From: a bacterium
Lineage (GTDB): Bacteria; Krumholzibacteriota; Krumholzibacteriia; LZORAL124-64-63
DNA length: 20,586 nt
Reading direction: 5' to 3'
Assembly (NCBI GenBank): GCA_031441465.1
Contig: JANOEP010000069.1
Span: 1-20,586, forward strand
A program made the translations under genes and the position numbers. Below are positions 8,207 to 17,277 of this stretch, piece by piece; the first letter of the stretch is position 1; every line of letters starts with the position of its first letter. Under the pieces are notes generated by a model. That model searched no databases and was not told where the DNA came from. It saw nothing but the letters and a program-made list of their open reading frames with translations.

Positions 8207-8880
8207 GTCGCCGCCTCGAGGAAGGTCGCCACTTCGTCGAAGGGCTTGCGGTGGAGATCGGGCACCGTGCAGCCCGGCGCGGGATGGCCGACGACCAGCA
8301 GCAGGAAGGGCCGCTCGTGCCGGGGCCTGCCGAGCACCTCGTTGAGGAAATTCATGGGGCTCGGCGTGTGGGTCAACGTCGCCAGGCCGGCCCGATGAAA
8401 GGCGGTGATCAGCATGCCCGTGGCGATGCCCACGGACTCCGTAGGGTAGTAGTGCGTGACGCGCTCGCCGTCGGGTCCGACTCCCTGGCGCATCTGGAAG
8501 ATGGCGATCAGCCAGGGCGCCTTTTCCAGGAAGGGCTTGCACGCATCCGTGCCGAGCGGGCGCAGGGCCTCGAGCCAGTCCCCCGGAGCGCGACCGCCGT
8601 AGAAGGTCCGCTCCTCGGCCTCCGCCGCTTCGCAGATGCGGTGCTTGACGGCCGGGTCGCTCACGGCCACGAAATGCCAGGGTTGCTGGTTGGCGCCGCT
8701 CGGGGCGCTGGCGGCCGCGCGCAGGCAATCGGCGATCAGCGCGGCCGGCACCGGCCGGTCGCTGAAATCGCGAACCGAGCGGCGACAGGCCAAGTCCTCG
8801 GCGAAATCGCGGGCCCGGGCGGCCGCTTCCGAGGGTGCCCGTTCGCGGAAATCCAGGGGTATGCGGGGAGCTTCGTCCAT
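8203..8880 (-). CDS. Iodotyrosine deiodinase (IYD)-like flavoprotein, nitroreductase superfamily, 225 aa
   Basis: RRSVRDFS and [12 protein letters not shown] (FMN binding), lid EAEERTFY...[38 protein letters not shown] and C-terminal VPDLHRKP. This layout is characteristic of the IYD subgroup. AAGGA upstream of ATG 8880. Confidence 0.85.
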   Translation of the reverse strand: MDEAPRIPLDFRERAPSEAAARARDFAEDLACRRSVRDFSDRPVPAALIADCLRAAASAPSGANQQPWHFVAVSDPAVKHRICEAAEAEERTFYGGRAPGDWLEALRPLGTDACKPFLEKAPWLIAIFQMRQGVGPDGERVTHYYPTESVGIATGMLITAFHRAGLATLTHTPSPMNFLNEVLGRPRHERPFLLLVVGHPAPGCTVPDLHRKPFDEVATFLEAAT

Positions 8881-9093
8881 GGCGGTCCTTGCTGCGCGGT
8901 GGGTGGCACGGATCTGGGCCAGTCTAAGCCCTGGGGCGTCCTGCGGCTCGGAAAAACTGGAACCGGGACCCCGGTTTCGTGTAGATTGGCCCCGGTTGCC
9001 CGGCGGCGCCGCCCACCAGCGGCGTCTGTCGTGTTTGGGCGCGCGCCGGGCTCCCTCATCCCAAACCAACCCAGCTACGGAGGACTCGAAGCG

Positions 9094-10053
9094 ATGATCG
9101 AGGTACGTGACGTCACGAAGCGGTTCGGAGCCACCGTCGCCCTCGACGGCGTCTCGTTCCGCCTCGACAAGGGCGAGATCCTCGGCTTCCTGGGGCCCAA
9201 CGGGGCCGGCAAGAGCACCGCCATGAAGATCGTCACCACGTTCCTGGCGCCCGACGCGGGCACGGTCAGCGTGGACGGCATCGACGTGCTCCGCAATCCC
9301 CTGGAAGTCCGCAGCCGCATCGGCTACCTGCCGGAGAACCACCCGCTGTACGTGGACATGATGGTCCACGAGTACCTGCAGTTCGTCGGCCGGGCGCGCG
9401 GCCTGGCCGGCGACGAGCTGCGGCGACGGCTGGAGTGGGTCGTGGAGGCCTGCGGGCTCGGCAGCGTCTTCCGCAAGCCGATCAACGAACTCTCCAAGGG
9501 CTTCCGGCAGCGCACCGGCCTGGCGCAGGCGCTGATCCACGATCCCGAGGTGCTGATCCTCGACGAGCCCACCAGCGGGCTGGACCCCCTGCAGATCATC
9601 GGCATCCGCGAATTGATCCAGGGGCTCGCCCGCACCAAGACGATCATCTTCAGCACGCACATCCTGCAGGAAGTGTCCCCGGTCACCGACCGCGTCGTGA
9701 TCATCAACGGCGGGCGGATCATCGCCGATGGGCGCATCGGCGAGCTGGAGCGGGCGGCCATGGGACGCAACCGCATCTACGTCGCCTACCGCGCCCCGGC
9801 CGCCGAGGTCGAGGCGGCCCTGCGCGACCTGGGCGGCCTGCACGAGGTGCGGCCGGTAGCCGGACGCGAGGGCGCGGCCCGCTTCGAGGTGCGCGCCGAT
9901 TTCGAGCATGACATGCTGGCGCCGCTGAGCCGGCTGGCCCAGTCGCGCGGCTGGGACCTGCTGGAGCTGCAGGAGGCGCCGTTCAGCCTCGAGGACACCT
10001 TCATCGCCCTGACGCGACAGAGCGGGGCTTCCCGGGAGGTGAGCCATGTCTAA
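9094..10053 (+). CDS. ABC transporter ATP-binding subunit (ABC-2 / GldA-like), 319 aa
   Basis: Walker [15 protein letters not shown], signature LSKGFRQR, Walker [11 protein letters not shown] switch and C-terminal SLEDTF. GGAGG RBS upstream of ATG 9094. Confidence 0.93.
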   Translation: MIEVRDVTKRFGATVALDGVSFRLDKGEILGFLGPNGAGKSTAMKIVTTFLAPDAGTVSVDGIDVLRNPLEVRSRIGYLPENHPLYVDMMVHEYLQFVGRARGLAGDELRRRLEWVVEACGLGSVFRKPINELSKGFRQRTGLAQALIHDPEVLILDEPTSGLDPLQIIGIRELIQGLARTKTIIFSTHILQEVSPVTDRVVIINGGRIIADGRIGELERAAMGRNRIYVAYRAPAAEVEAALRDLGGLHEVRPVAGREGAARFEVRADFEHDMLAPLSRLAQSRGWDLLELQEAPFSLEDTFIALTRQSGASREVSHV

Positions 10054-10771
10054 CACCGGCGTGATCTTCCGCCGCGAATTCGCGGCCTACTTCAACAGCC
10101 CGATCGCCTACATCTTCATCATCGTGTTCCTGGTGCTCAACTGCGGCTTGTTCATGACGCCGTTCTTCCTGGCGCAGCTCGCGGACATGCGCGACTTCTT
10201 CGGGAACCTGCCGCTGTTCCTGATCTTCTTCATCCCCGCGGTGACCATGCGGCTGTGGGCCGAAGACAAGCGCAGCGGCACCTTCGAACTGCTGATGACG
10301 CTGCCCATGAAGTCCAGCGAGGTCATGCTCGGCAAGTACTTCGCGGCGATGGCCTTCTACGTGGTGGCGCTGCTCGGGACGCTGCCGATCCCCATCATGC
10401 TGGCGCTGCTGGGCAACCCCGACCTGGGCGCCGTGTTCGGCGGCTACCTCGGGGCGCTGCTGCTGGGCGGCCTGTACATGGCCGTGGGCATCTTCACCAG
10501 CGGCCTGCTGCGCGACCAGATCTCCGCCTTCATCCTGGGCATGCTGGCCTGCTTCGCGCTGTTCCTGGTCGGGGTGCCGGCCGTTTCGGCCACCATCGAC
10601 GGCTGGGTCGGCGGCTTCGGTTCGTTCCTGCAGAACGCGTTCGGCCTGATGCCCCACTACCAGGCGCTGCAGCGCGGCGTCCTGGAGCTGGGCGACCTCG
10701 CCTACTTCCTGGGCCTGACGGCCGTGTTCCTGGTCCTGAACGCCGTCTGGCTGGAAGGGAGGAAGTACTGA
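10046..10771 (+). CDS. ABC-2 type permease (GldF-like), 241 aa
   Basis: [38 protein letters not shown] and about 6 hydrophobic segments. Overlaps the ATPase stop by 8 nt; GGAGG RBS. Confidence 0.9.
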   Translation: MSNTGVIFRREFAAYFNSPIAYIFIIVFLVLNCGLFMTPFFLAQLADMRDFFGNLPLFLIFFIPAVTMRLWAEDKRSGTFELLMTLPMKSSEVMLGKYFAAMAFYVVALLGTLPIPIMLALLGNPDLGAVFGGYLGALLLGGLYMAVGIFTSGLLRDQISAFILGMLACFALFLVGVPAVSATIDGWVGGFGSFLQNAFGLMPHYQALQRGVLELGDLAYFLGLTAVFLVLNAVWLEGRKY

Positions 10772-12480
10772 TGAGCACCAAGCGCCGGAACTTCCGCGTG
10801 ACCTTCGCCGTCACCGCCCTGCTGCTGCTGGCCGTGTCGGTGCTGCTGACCGACGTGCTGGGCGGCTTCGGCGGCGCGCGCGTCGACCTGACCAGCGAGC
10901 GCCTGTACACCATGGCGCCGGCCGCCAAGGACATCCTCAAGGGGCTGAAGGCCCCCGTGCAGGTGAAGCTCTACATCACCGGCGCGGCGGCCATGCCGAC
11001 CGAGCTGAAGACCCTCGAACGCGACGTCACCGACAAGCTGCGCGACTACGCCCAGGCGTCCGGGGGCATGATCCAGTACAGTATCCACGACCCGCAGGAC
11101 GACGAGGACCTCCAGGGCAAGTTGTCGGAGCGGGGAATCCAGCCGTTCCAGGTCCAGTCGATCGAGAAGGACGAGATCGGCGTCAAGCTGATCTGGAGCG
11201 CCATGACCGTGGCCTACAAGGACCGTCCCGAGGAGATCATGCCGCAGGTCCTGCCGCAGTCGCTGGCCACCTTCGAGTACGACCTGATCTCGCGCGTCTA
11301 CCGCCTGACCCGCGACCGCGACCCCAAGGTGGCCCTGATCGCGCCGCTGCAGGAGATCGACCCGCAGACCGCCATGCAGTACCTGCAGCGCGGCATGCAG
11401 CCGCCCGAGCCCGTGGACGTCTACACCTCGATCGCCCAATACCTCCAGCAGGAGCACTACCAGGTCGAGCGCGTGTCGCTGACGCCGGATTCGCGCATCC
11501 CGGCCGACGCCGACGCGCTGCTGGTGCTCAACCCGTCGGGCTTCGACGAGCGGCAGGCCTTCGAGATCAACCGCGCCATCAGCAACGGCACCAACACGCT
11601 GATCGCCGTGCAGCTGCACACCTACGGCTACCAGCCGGGCATGCGTGGCGGCTTCACGATCAGCGGCGCCAGCCAGACCAGCGGCCTCGAGTCCGTGCTG
11701 GGCGCCTTCGGCGTGACCGTCGACACGCGCCACCTGCTGGACGCCAGCCACGAAACCCTGGCCGTGCCCCGCACCCAGAACGTCGGCGGCATGCGCTTCC
11801 AGACCAACGAGCCGGTGCGCCTGCCGGTGCAGGTCAAGGTCACCGAGACCCAGATGAACCAGGACTCGCCCCTGGGCAACCGCATCGCGAACCTGCTCTA
11901 CCTGTGGGGCACCGCCCTGGACCTGGACACCGCCAGGCTCGGGACCAACGGCCTGACCTCGACGGTGCTGTTCACCGCCAGCGAGCGCGCCTGGCGCGCG
12001 CCGTTCACCGACGGGATGCTGCCCGGGAGCCTGTTCTCGCCCGAGGGCAAGCAGATCGAGCCGAGGCTGCCCCTGGCGGTGCTGCTCGAGGGCACCTTCC
12101 CCGACGCCTTCGCCGGCCGCCCGACTCCCGTCTGGCCGACGGCGCCCGACGCCGCCGTCTCGCCGGCACAAGACACGCCGACCCCGCTGCGCGGCGACGA
12201 GGCCCGCGTCGCGGTGATCGGCTGCGCCAAGATGTTCGACGACATGGGACTGCAAGCCGGGCAGAACGCCCTGCTGCTGCTCAACGCCGTCGACGCCCTG
12301 ACCCACGGCGAGGAGATGATCTCGATCCGCTCGAAGGCTCTGACCCAGCGCGTGATCCGACCGGTCGACGACGGCGAGAAGCTCTTCTACCGCCTGTTCG
12401 CCGCCGTGCTGGTGCCCGTCGCCCTGGCGGCCTTCGGCCTGCTGCGGGCCGCGAAGCGCCGCAAGGAGGCGGCGCGATGA
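10771..12480 (+). CDS. GldG-family ABC transporter auxiliary component, 569 aa
   Basis: N-terminal TM helix, RVDLTSERLYTM (GldG 'DLT...Y[ST]L'), thioredoxin-like region (IHDP...GIQP), FEYDL, LLNAVDALT...ISIRSK..R and a C-terminal TM with basic tail. TGATG overlap with the permease. Confidence 0.88.
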   Translation: MSTKRRNFRVTFAVTALLLLAVSVLLTDVLGGFGGARVDLTSERLYTMAPAAKDILKGLKAPVQVKLYITGAAAMPTELKTLERDVTDKLRDYAQASGGMIQYSIHDPQDDEDLQGKLSERGIQPFQVQSIEKDEIGVKLIWSAMTVAYKDRPEEIMPQVLPQSLATFEYDLISRVYRLTRDRDPKVALIAPLQEIDPQTAMQYLQRGMQPPEPVDVYTSIAQYLQQEHYQVERVSLTPDSRIPADADALLVLNPSGFDERQAFEINRAISNGTNTLIAVQLHTYGYQPGMRGGFTISGASQTSGLESVLGAFGVTVDTRHLLDASHETLAVPRTQNVGGMRFQTNEPVRLPVQVKVTETQMNQDSPLGNRIANLLYLWGTALDLDTARLGTNGLTSTVLFTASERAWRAPFTDGMLPGSLFSPEGKQIEPRLPLAVLLEGTFPDAFAGRPTPVWPTAPDAAVSPAQDTPTPLRGDEARVAVIGCAKMFDDMGLQAGQNALLLLNAVDALTHGEEMISIRSKALTQRVIRPVDDGEKLFYRLFAAVLVPVALAAFGLLRAAKRRKEAAR

Positions 12481-13505
12481 CCCGCAACCGTCCCCTGCTG
12501 ATCCTGGCCCTGACCGTCGTAATGCTGCTGGCCTTCAGCGTCGTGCAGCGGGTGCTGCACCGGCGCGCCGTGACGTCCCCGACCACCGCCACCGTGGTGG
12601 CGGCGGACTTCGAACCGGCGGACATCAACCGCGTCACGGTCGGCACCGCAGCCGACTCGGTGGCGGTCGTGCTCGAGCGGCTGGGCGAGGGCTGGGTCGC
12701 CCGCACCGCCTGGGGCCATCCCGTCGACCCGCGCAAGCTCCAGGAGCTGCTGGCGGCCCTGGACAGCCTGCAGGGGGACTTCCGCTCCGACGAGCCGGCG
12801 ATCCTGGAAGACTACGGTCTGGGCCCGCAGTCGGATCCCGTGAAGGTGACCCTGTTCGGCAAGGACTGGCAGCCGGTCTGCGCGCTGCTGCTGGGCAAGC
12901 GCGCCGACGACGGCTCGGGCGTCTTCGTGCGCGCGCCGGGCAGCCACGCGGTCTACCTGGTCAGGACCGAGGTGCGGGGCAAGCTCGGGCTGTGGGCCCC
13001 GGAGGCGAAGCCGGAGACGCGCACGTTCCTGGACCTGTCGGTGTTCAAGACCGACGCCGCCGGCATCCGCCAGATCGCCCTGCACGACGGGGACAAGACC
13101 CTGGTCATGGAGAAGGTCCTGACGACCGCCGGATCCGGCGACGGGTCCGCGCCGCCGCCCCAGGACTGGGAGTGGACGCTGACCGCACCCTCGCGCCGCG
13201 CCCTGGCGAAGACGAAGGTCGACGGCGTGATGAACGCGCTGACCGGCATCCAGGCCGCCGACATCGCCGACCCCGGAGTCGGCATGGAGAAGTACGGCCT
13301 GTGGAAGGCCGCACGCCGCGTCGAGGTGACGCTGGCGGACGGTTCGACCTTCGAACTGCGCGTCGGCGACGCGCAGCCGGCCACGGGGGGCGCCCAGCCG
13401 GGGCGCTACTGCATGACGTCGCGCGACACCAGGATCTGGGTGATCCGCGAGAACAAGCTCGACCAGATCTTCAAGAAGCTCGCCGACCTGACGCCGGACG
13501 CCTGA
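12477..13505 (+). CDS. DUF4340 domain membrane-anchored protein, 342 aa
   Basis: N-terminal TM anchor and two internal repeats of the pattern 'W......P.D..K...LL.AL..L.......YGL...V.....L.LG'. Position after GldG is typical. ATGA overlap with a GGAGG RBS. Confidence 0.8.
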   Translation: MTRNRPLLILALTVVMLLAFSVVQRVLHRRAVTSPTTATVVAADFEPADINRVTVGTAADSVAVVLERLGEGWVARTAWGHPVDPRKLQELLAALDSLQGDFRSDEPAILEDYGLGPQSDPVKVTLFGKDWQPVCALLLGKRADDGSGVFVRAPGSHAVYLVRTEVRGKLGLWAPEAKPETRTFLDLSVFKTDAAGIRQIALHDGDKTLVMEKVLTTAGSGDGSAPPPQDWEWTLTAPSRRALAKTKVDGVMNALTGIQAADIADPGVGMEKYGLWKAARRVEVTLADGSTFELRVGDAQPATGGAQPGRYCMTSRDTRIWVIRENKLDQIFKKLADLTPDA

Positions 13506-13526
13506 TCCGGTCCGCCGGCCCCGCCC

Positions 13527-13558
13527 AACGCCCGGGCGGCCCTCTCCCGGGCGTTTTT
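13527..13558 (+). terminator. Rho-independent terminator of the ABC operon
   Basis: Perfect 10-bp stem AACGCCCGGG (13527-13536) / CCCGGGCGTT (13546-13555), 9-nt loop, T run 13554-13558, 21 nt after the DUF4340 stop. Confidence 0.75.
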
Positions 13559-13642
13559 GCTTGCAGATTCAGGGGCCGGGGATGATCCTGAACCTGTACC
13601 TGACACGATGTCCCCCACGCGCCCAGCACCGGAGGCCAGGAC

Positions 13643-15010
13643 TTGAAGCAGAGCGTAACAAGCGCCCCCGGGGTGCTGCTGACCAACGCGAACGTGCTGG
13701 ACTACCTGCCGCCGCAGATGAACGCGGCGCCCGACCCGCGCGTCGAGACCGCCGACCTGCGCCTCGCGGGCGGCCGCATCGTCGAGCGCGGACGCGGTCT
13801 CGCGCCGCACGACGGCGAAGAAGTCCGCGACCTGGACGGCCGCACGGTCATGCCGGGACTGATCAACGCCCACCACCACCTCTACTCCACGCTGGCGCCG
13901 GGCATGCCGCCGCCGGCGAACACGCCGCGCAGCTTCCAGGACGTGCTGACGGAGATCTGGTGGAAGCTGGACCGCGCGCTGGATCCCGAAGCCATCCGGA
14001 TCAGCGCGGTGTCGGGCGCCTGGGACGCGCTGCGCTGCGGCACGACGATGATCTTCGACCACCACAGCAGCCTGACCTCGGTCGGCGGCTCGCTCGACCT
14101 GGTGGAAGAGGGCCTGCGCGACGCCGGCTTGCGCGGGTGCCTCTGCTACGAGGTCACCGACCGCGGCGGGCCCGGCAGCCGCGACACCTGCCTGGAGGAG
14201 ACTCGCCGCTACCTGCAGAAGACCGCCGCGCCCGTCGACGGCGTTCCCGTCGTCGGCGTTCCTTGGTTCAAGGGCCTGGTCGGCGCCCACGCCGGCTTCA
14301 CGCTGGAGGACGCCACGCTCGACAGCCTGGCGGCGCTCTGCTCCGAATTCGATACCGGCGTGCACATCCACCTGGCCGAAGGCGCGACGGACCGCGAGAT
14401 CTGCCATGACCGCGGCTGGCCCGACCCGCTGGTGCGGCTGGACCGGCACGGCCTGATCCGCCCCCGCAGCCTGCTGGCCCACGGCGTGGACCTCACCCCG
14501 CTGGACCTGCAGACGATCGAGGAGAAGGGCGCCTGGCTGGTGCACAACGGCCGCTCGAACATGAACAACGGCGTCGGGCGCGCGCCGGTCGACCGCTTCC
14601 CCCCGCGCAGTTGCCTGGGCACCGACGGCCTGGACGGCAACATGTTCGGCGAGCTGCGCACGACGTTCTACCGCGGCAACGAGACCGGCCGCGGCCCGTT
14701 GGGCTTCAAGGGCGCCGAGCGCTTCTGGATCGGCGGCTACCAGCTCGCCCGCGAGATCTTCGGCGAACCCTTCGGTTCGCTGGACGCCGGCGCGCCCGCC
14801 GACTTCTTGATCGGCTGCGAGGACCAGAAGCAGCCGCTGCACCAGGGGAATTGGCTCGGCTTGCTGCTGTTCGGCATGCAGCCCCGCGTGATCCAGGAAG
14901 TCTGGGTCGACGGCGCGCCGCGCTACCGCCGCGGCGATCCGGCGCCGTACGACGGCAAAGCCTGCCGCGCCGCCGCCAAGCGTATCTGGGACCGCATGTC
15001 CAACCTCTGA
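13643..15010 (+). CDS. ssnA: SsnA-like amidohydrolase (purine ring-opening / 'selenium metabolism-linked' family), 455 aa
   Basis: MPGLINAHHHLYSTLA, L.EIWWKLD, GTT.IFDHHSS, CYEVTDR, GAHAGFTL, HIHLAEG, SNMNNGVG and LGTDG are SsnA-family signatures. TTG start with GGAGG at 13631-13635. Adjacent to ygeY/ygeW-like genes. Confidence 0.8.
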   Translation: MKQSVTSAPGVLLTNANVLDYLPPQMNAAPDPRVETADLRLAGGRIVERGRGLAPHDGEEVRDLDGRTVMPGLINAHHHLYSTLAPGMPPPANTPRSFQDVLTEIWWKLDRALDPEAIRISAVSGAWDALRCGTTMIFDHHSSLTSVGGSLDLVEEGLRDAGLRGCLCYEVTDRGGPGSRDTCLEETRRYLQKTAAPVDGVPVVGVPWFKGLVGAHAGFTLEDATLDSLAALCSEFDTGVHIHLAEGATDREICHDRGWPDPLVRLDRHGLIRPRSLLAHGVDLTPLDLQTIEEKGAWLVHNGRSNMNNGVGRAPVDRFPPRSCLGTDGLDGNMFGELRTTFYRGNETGRGPLGFKGAERFWIGGYQLAREIFGEPFGSLDAGAPADFLIGCEDQKQPLHQGNWLGLLLFGMQPRVIQEVWVDGAPRYRRGDPAPYDGKACRAAAKRIWDRMSNL

Positions 15011-15075
15011 TCCACGACACCGGCTGGTCGCCCCCCACAACGGGCGCGCCCGGCCGGGGCGTATCCGGAGCCGCG

Positions 15076-16287
15076 ATGACCACGAAGAACCCCCTCGACG
15101 CCGCCCGCGCCCTCGAAGCACCCATGATCGCCTTCCTGCGCGACATCGTCGCCATCCCGAGCCTTTCGGGACAGGAGGAACGGGTCGTGCGCCGCGTCGC
15201 GCAGGAGATGGAACGCGTCGGCTTCGACGAGGTGCGCCTCGACGGCCTCGGCAACGTGCTCGGTCGCATCGGCGACGGTCCGCGCGTGGTGGCCTTCGAC
15301 GCCCACCTCGACACCGTCGATGTGAGCGATCCCGCCCAGTGGCTCTGCGACCCCTTCCGGGGCAAGCTGGAAGACGGCCGCGTCTACGGCCGCGGGTCCG
15401 TCGACCAGAAGGCCGGCATGGCCGGCATGGTCTACGCCGGCAAGCTGATGAAGGAACTCGGGCTGCTCGATGGCTGCCAGGTGTGGATGGTCGGCTCGGT
15501 GATGGAAGAGGATTGCGACGGCCTCTGCTGGCACTACATCCTGCAGGAGCAGCTGCTGCGGCCCGAGGTCGTCGTCTCGACCGAGCCCACCGGCCTGACC
15601 CTGACCCGCGGCCAGCGCGGGCGCATGGAGATCCGGGTCACCTCGCACGGCGTGTCGTGCCACGGCTCGGCACCGGAGCGCGGGGTCAACGCCGTCTACA
15701 AACTGGCGCCGGCCTGCGCGGCGATCGAGCGGCTGAACGACCGGTTGGGACACGACGACTTCCTGGGCAAGGGCACCTGCACCGTCAGCATGTTCCAGAG
15801 CCTTTCGCCGAGCCTGTGCGCGGTGCCCGACAAGGCCGAACTGCACATCGACCGCCGCCTGACCGCGGGCGAGACCCGCGACGGCGCCCTGCGCGAGGTG
15901 CGCGAGGCCCTGGCCGCGGCCGGCGTCGAAGCCGAGGTGCGGCTGCTGACCTACGAGGTCCCCGCCTGGACCGGCCTGGTCTACCCCATGGAGAAGTACT
16001 ACCCGACGTGGCTGATGCCCGCGGACCACCCCGCGGTGCGCGCGGGCGTCGTCGCGCACGCGGGCGTGTTCGGCGCGCCGCCCGTGGTCTCGCGCTGGAC
16101 CTTCAGCACCAACGGCGTGGCCATCAACGGGCTGCACGGGGTGCCCTGCGTCGGCTTCGGACCGGGCCAGGAAGCCCTGGCCCACGCCCCCAACGAGTAC
16201 GTCCCGGTGGACGACGTCGTGCGGGCCTGCGCCTTCTACACGGCGTTCCCGCAATCCTTCCTGAACATCGACCGAGGTGCGACATGA
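15076..16287 (+). CDS. ygeY: YgeY-family M20 metallo-amidohydrolase, 403 aa
   Basis: FDAHLDTV, GRGSVDQKAG, MEEDCDGLCWHYI, STEPT, RGQRGRMEI, SCHGSAPERGVNA, FLGKGT, SPSLCAV, WTFSTNGV and AHAPNE match YgeY closely. GGAG upstream of ATG 15076. Confidence 0.9.
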   Translation: MTTKNPLDAARALEAPMIAFLRDIVAIPSLSGQEERVVRRVAQEMERVGFDEVRLDGLGNVLGRIGDGPRVVAFDAHLDTVDVSDPAQWLCDPFRGKLEDGRVYGRGSVDQKAGMAGMVYAGKLMKELGLLDGCQVWMVGSVMEEDCDGLCWHYILQEQLLRPEVVVSTEPTGLTLTRGQRGRMEIRVTSHGVSCHGSAPERGVNAVYKLAPACAAIERLNDRLGHDDFLGKGTCTVSMFQSLSPSLCAVPDKAELHIDRRLTAGETRDGALREVREALAAAGVEAEVRLLTYEVPAWTGLVYPMEKYYPTWLMPADHPAVRAGVVAHAGVFGAPPVVSRWTFSTNGVAINGLHGVPCVGFGPGQEALAHAPNEYVPVDDVVRACAFYTAFPQSFLNIDRGAT

Positions 16288-17261
16288 GCAAGATCCTGCA
16301 GGGCAAGCATTTCATCGACACCGAGGACTGGGCCGACGACGAGCTGGAACTGATGCTCGCGACCGCCGGCGACCTCAAGCGCAAGTTCTACCGCGACGAG
16401 CCGCACGCGCTGCTGCGCGACCGCACCCTGTTCGCGCTGCTCTTCGAGCAGAGCACCCGCACCCGCAACTCCATGGAAGCGGGCATGACCCAGCTCGGCG
16501 GCCACTGCCACGTGCTGACCCCCGACAAGCTGCAACTCAGCCACGGCGAGACGGTCATGGATACCGCGCGCGTGCTGGGCCGCATGGGCCACGGCATCGC
16601 CATCCGCAACTGCGATTTCGGCGTGGGCAACAAGTTCATGCGCGAGATCGCCGGCATCTCGCGCGTGCCCCTGATCAACCTGCAGTGCGACGTCTACCAC
16701 CCCTGCCAGGCGGCGGCCGACATCATGACCGTGCGCGAGAAGTTCCGCGGCGAGACGCGGGGCCGCAAGATCGTCGTGAGCTGGACCTACGCCCCGAGCT
16801 ACGTGCGCCCCATCTCGGTGCCCCAGTCCGAGATCCTGATCATGACGCGCATGGGACTGGACGTGACGCTGGCCCACCCGCCCGAGTTCAAGCTGATGCC
16901 GGACATCCTCGAGCGCGCCCGCGCGAACGCGCGGCGCAGCGGCGGCAAGTTCGAGATCGTCGACGACATGGACGCTGGTTTCGAGGGCGCCCACGTGGTC
17001 TACCCCAAGAGCTGGGGCTGCCTGGTGCACGAGCCCGACCGCGCGGCCGCCGTCCAGCACATCGAGAAGTACCCCGGCTGGATCTGCGACGAGCGCCGCA
17101 TGAAGCTGGCCGCGCCCGACGCGATCTACATGCACCCGCTGCCGGCCTCGCGCGGCCAAGAGGTCACCGACGCGGTGATCGACGGCCCGCAGTCGGTGGT
17201 GTGGGACCAGGCCGAGAACCGCCTGCACACGGCCAAGGCCATCATGGCCCTCACCATGTAG
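16284..17261 (+). CDS. YgeW-related (knotted-type) carbamoyltransferase, 325 aa
   Basis: Carbamoyl-phosphate motifs STRT, HPCQ and HPLP. YgeW-like features HGET..TA, INLQCD, SWTYAPSYVRPISVPQ, LAHP and VYPKSW. No ornithine-binding SMG loop. ATGA overlap with ygeY; GAGG RBS. Confidence 0.85.
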   Translation: MSKILQGKHFIDTEDWADDELELMLATAGDLKRKFYRDEPHALLRDRTLFALLFEQSTRTRNSMEAGMTQLGGHCHVLTPDKLQLSHGETVMDTARVLGRMGHGIAIRNCDFGVGNKFMREIAGISRVPLINLQCDVYHPCQAAADIMTVREKFRGETRGRKIVVSWTYAPSYVRPISVPQSEILIMTRMGLDVTLAHPPEFKLMPDILERARANARRSGGKFEIVDDMDAGFEGAHVVYPKSWGCLVHEPDRAAAVQHIEKYPGWICDERRMKLAAPDAIYMHPLPASRGQEVTDAVIDGPQSVVWDQAENRLHTAKAIMALTM

Positions 17262-17277
17262 ACGCCGGGAGAGCGCG

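Noticed and set aside
8203..10056. Apparent 617-aa nitroreductase and 600-aa ABC ATPase with long N-terminal extensions; likewise extended GldG, DUF4340, YgeY, carbamoyltransferase and gapN ORFs
   Set aside because: The extensions run through neighbouring genes or spacers. RBS-supported or overlap-coupled internal starts give family-typical lengths, so these are not fusions.
13561..13589. Possible promoter TTGCAG-17 nt-GATCCT for the ssnA operon
   Set aside because: The -10 match is poor; position is plausible but it cannot be supported from sequence alone.
15041..15052. Perfect palindrome CGGGCGCGCCCG between ssnA and ygeY, resembling the 141-154 palindrome arms
   Set aside because: All G/C and with different spacing; expected by chance at this composition, and no U tract to suggest a terminator.
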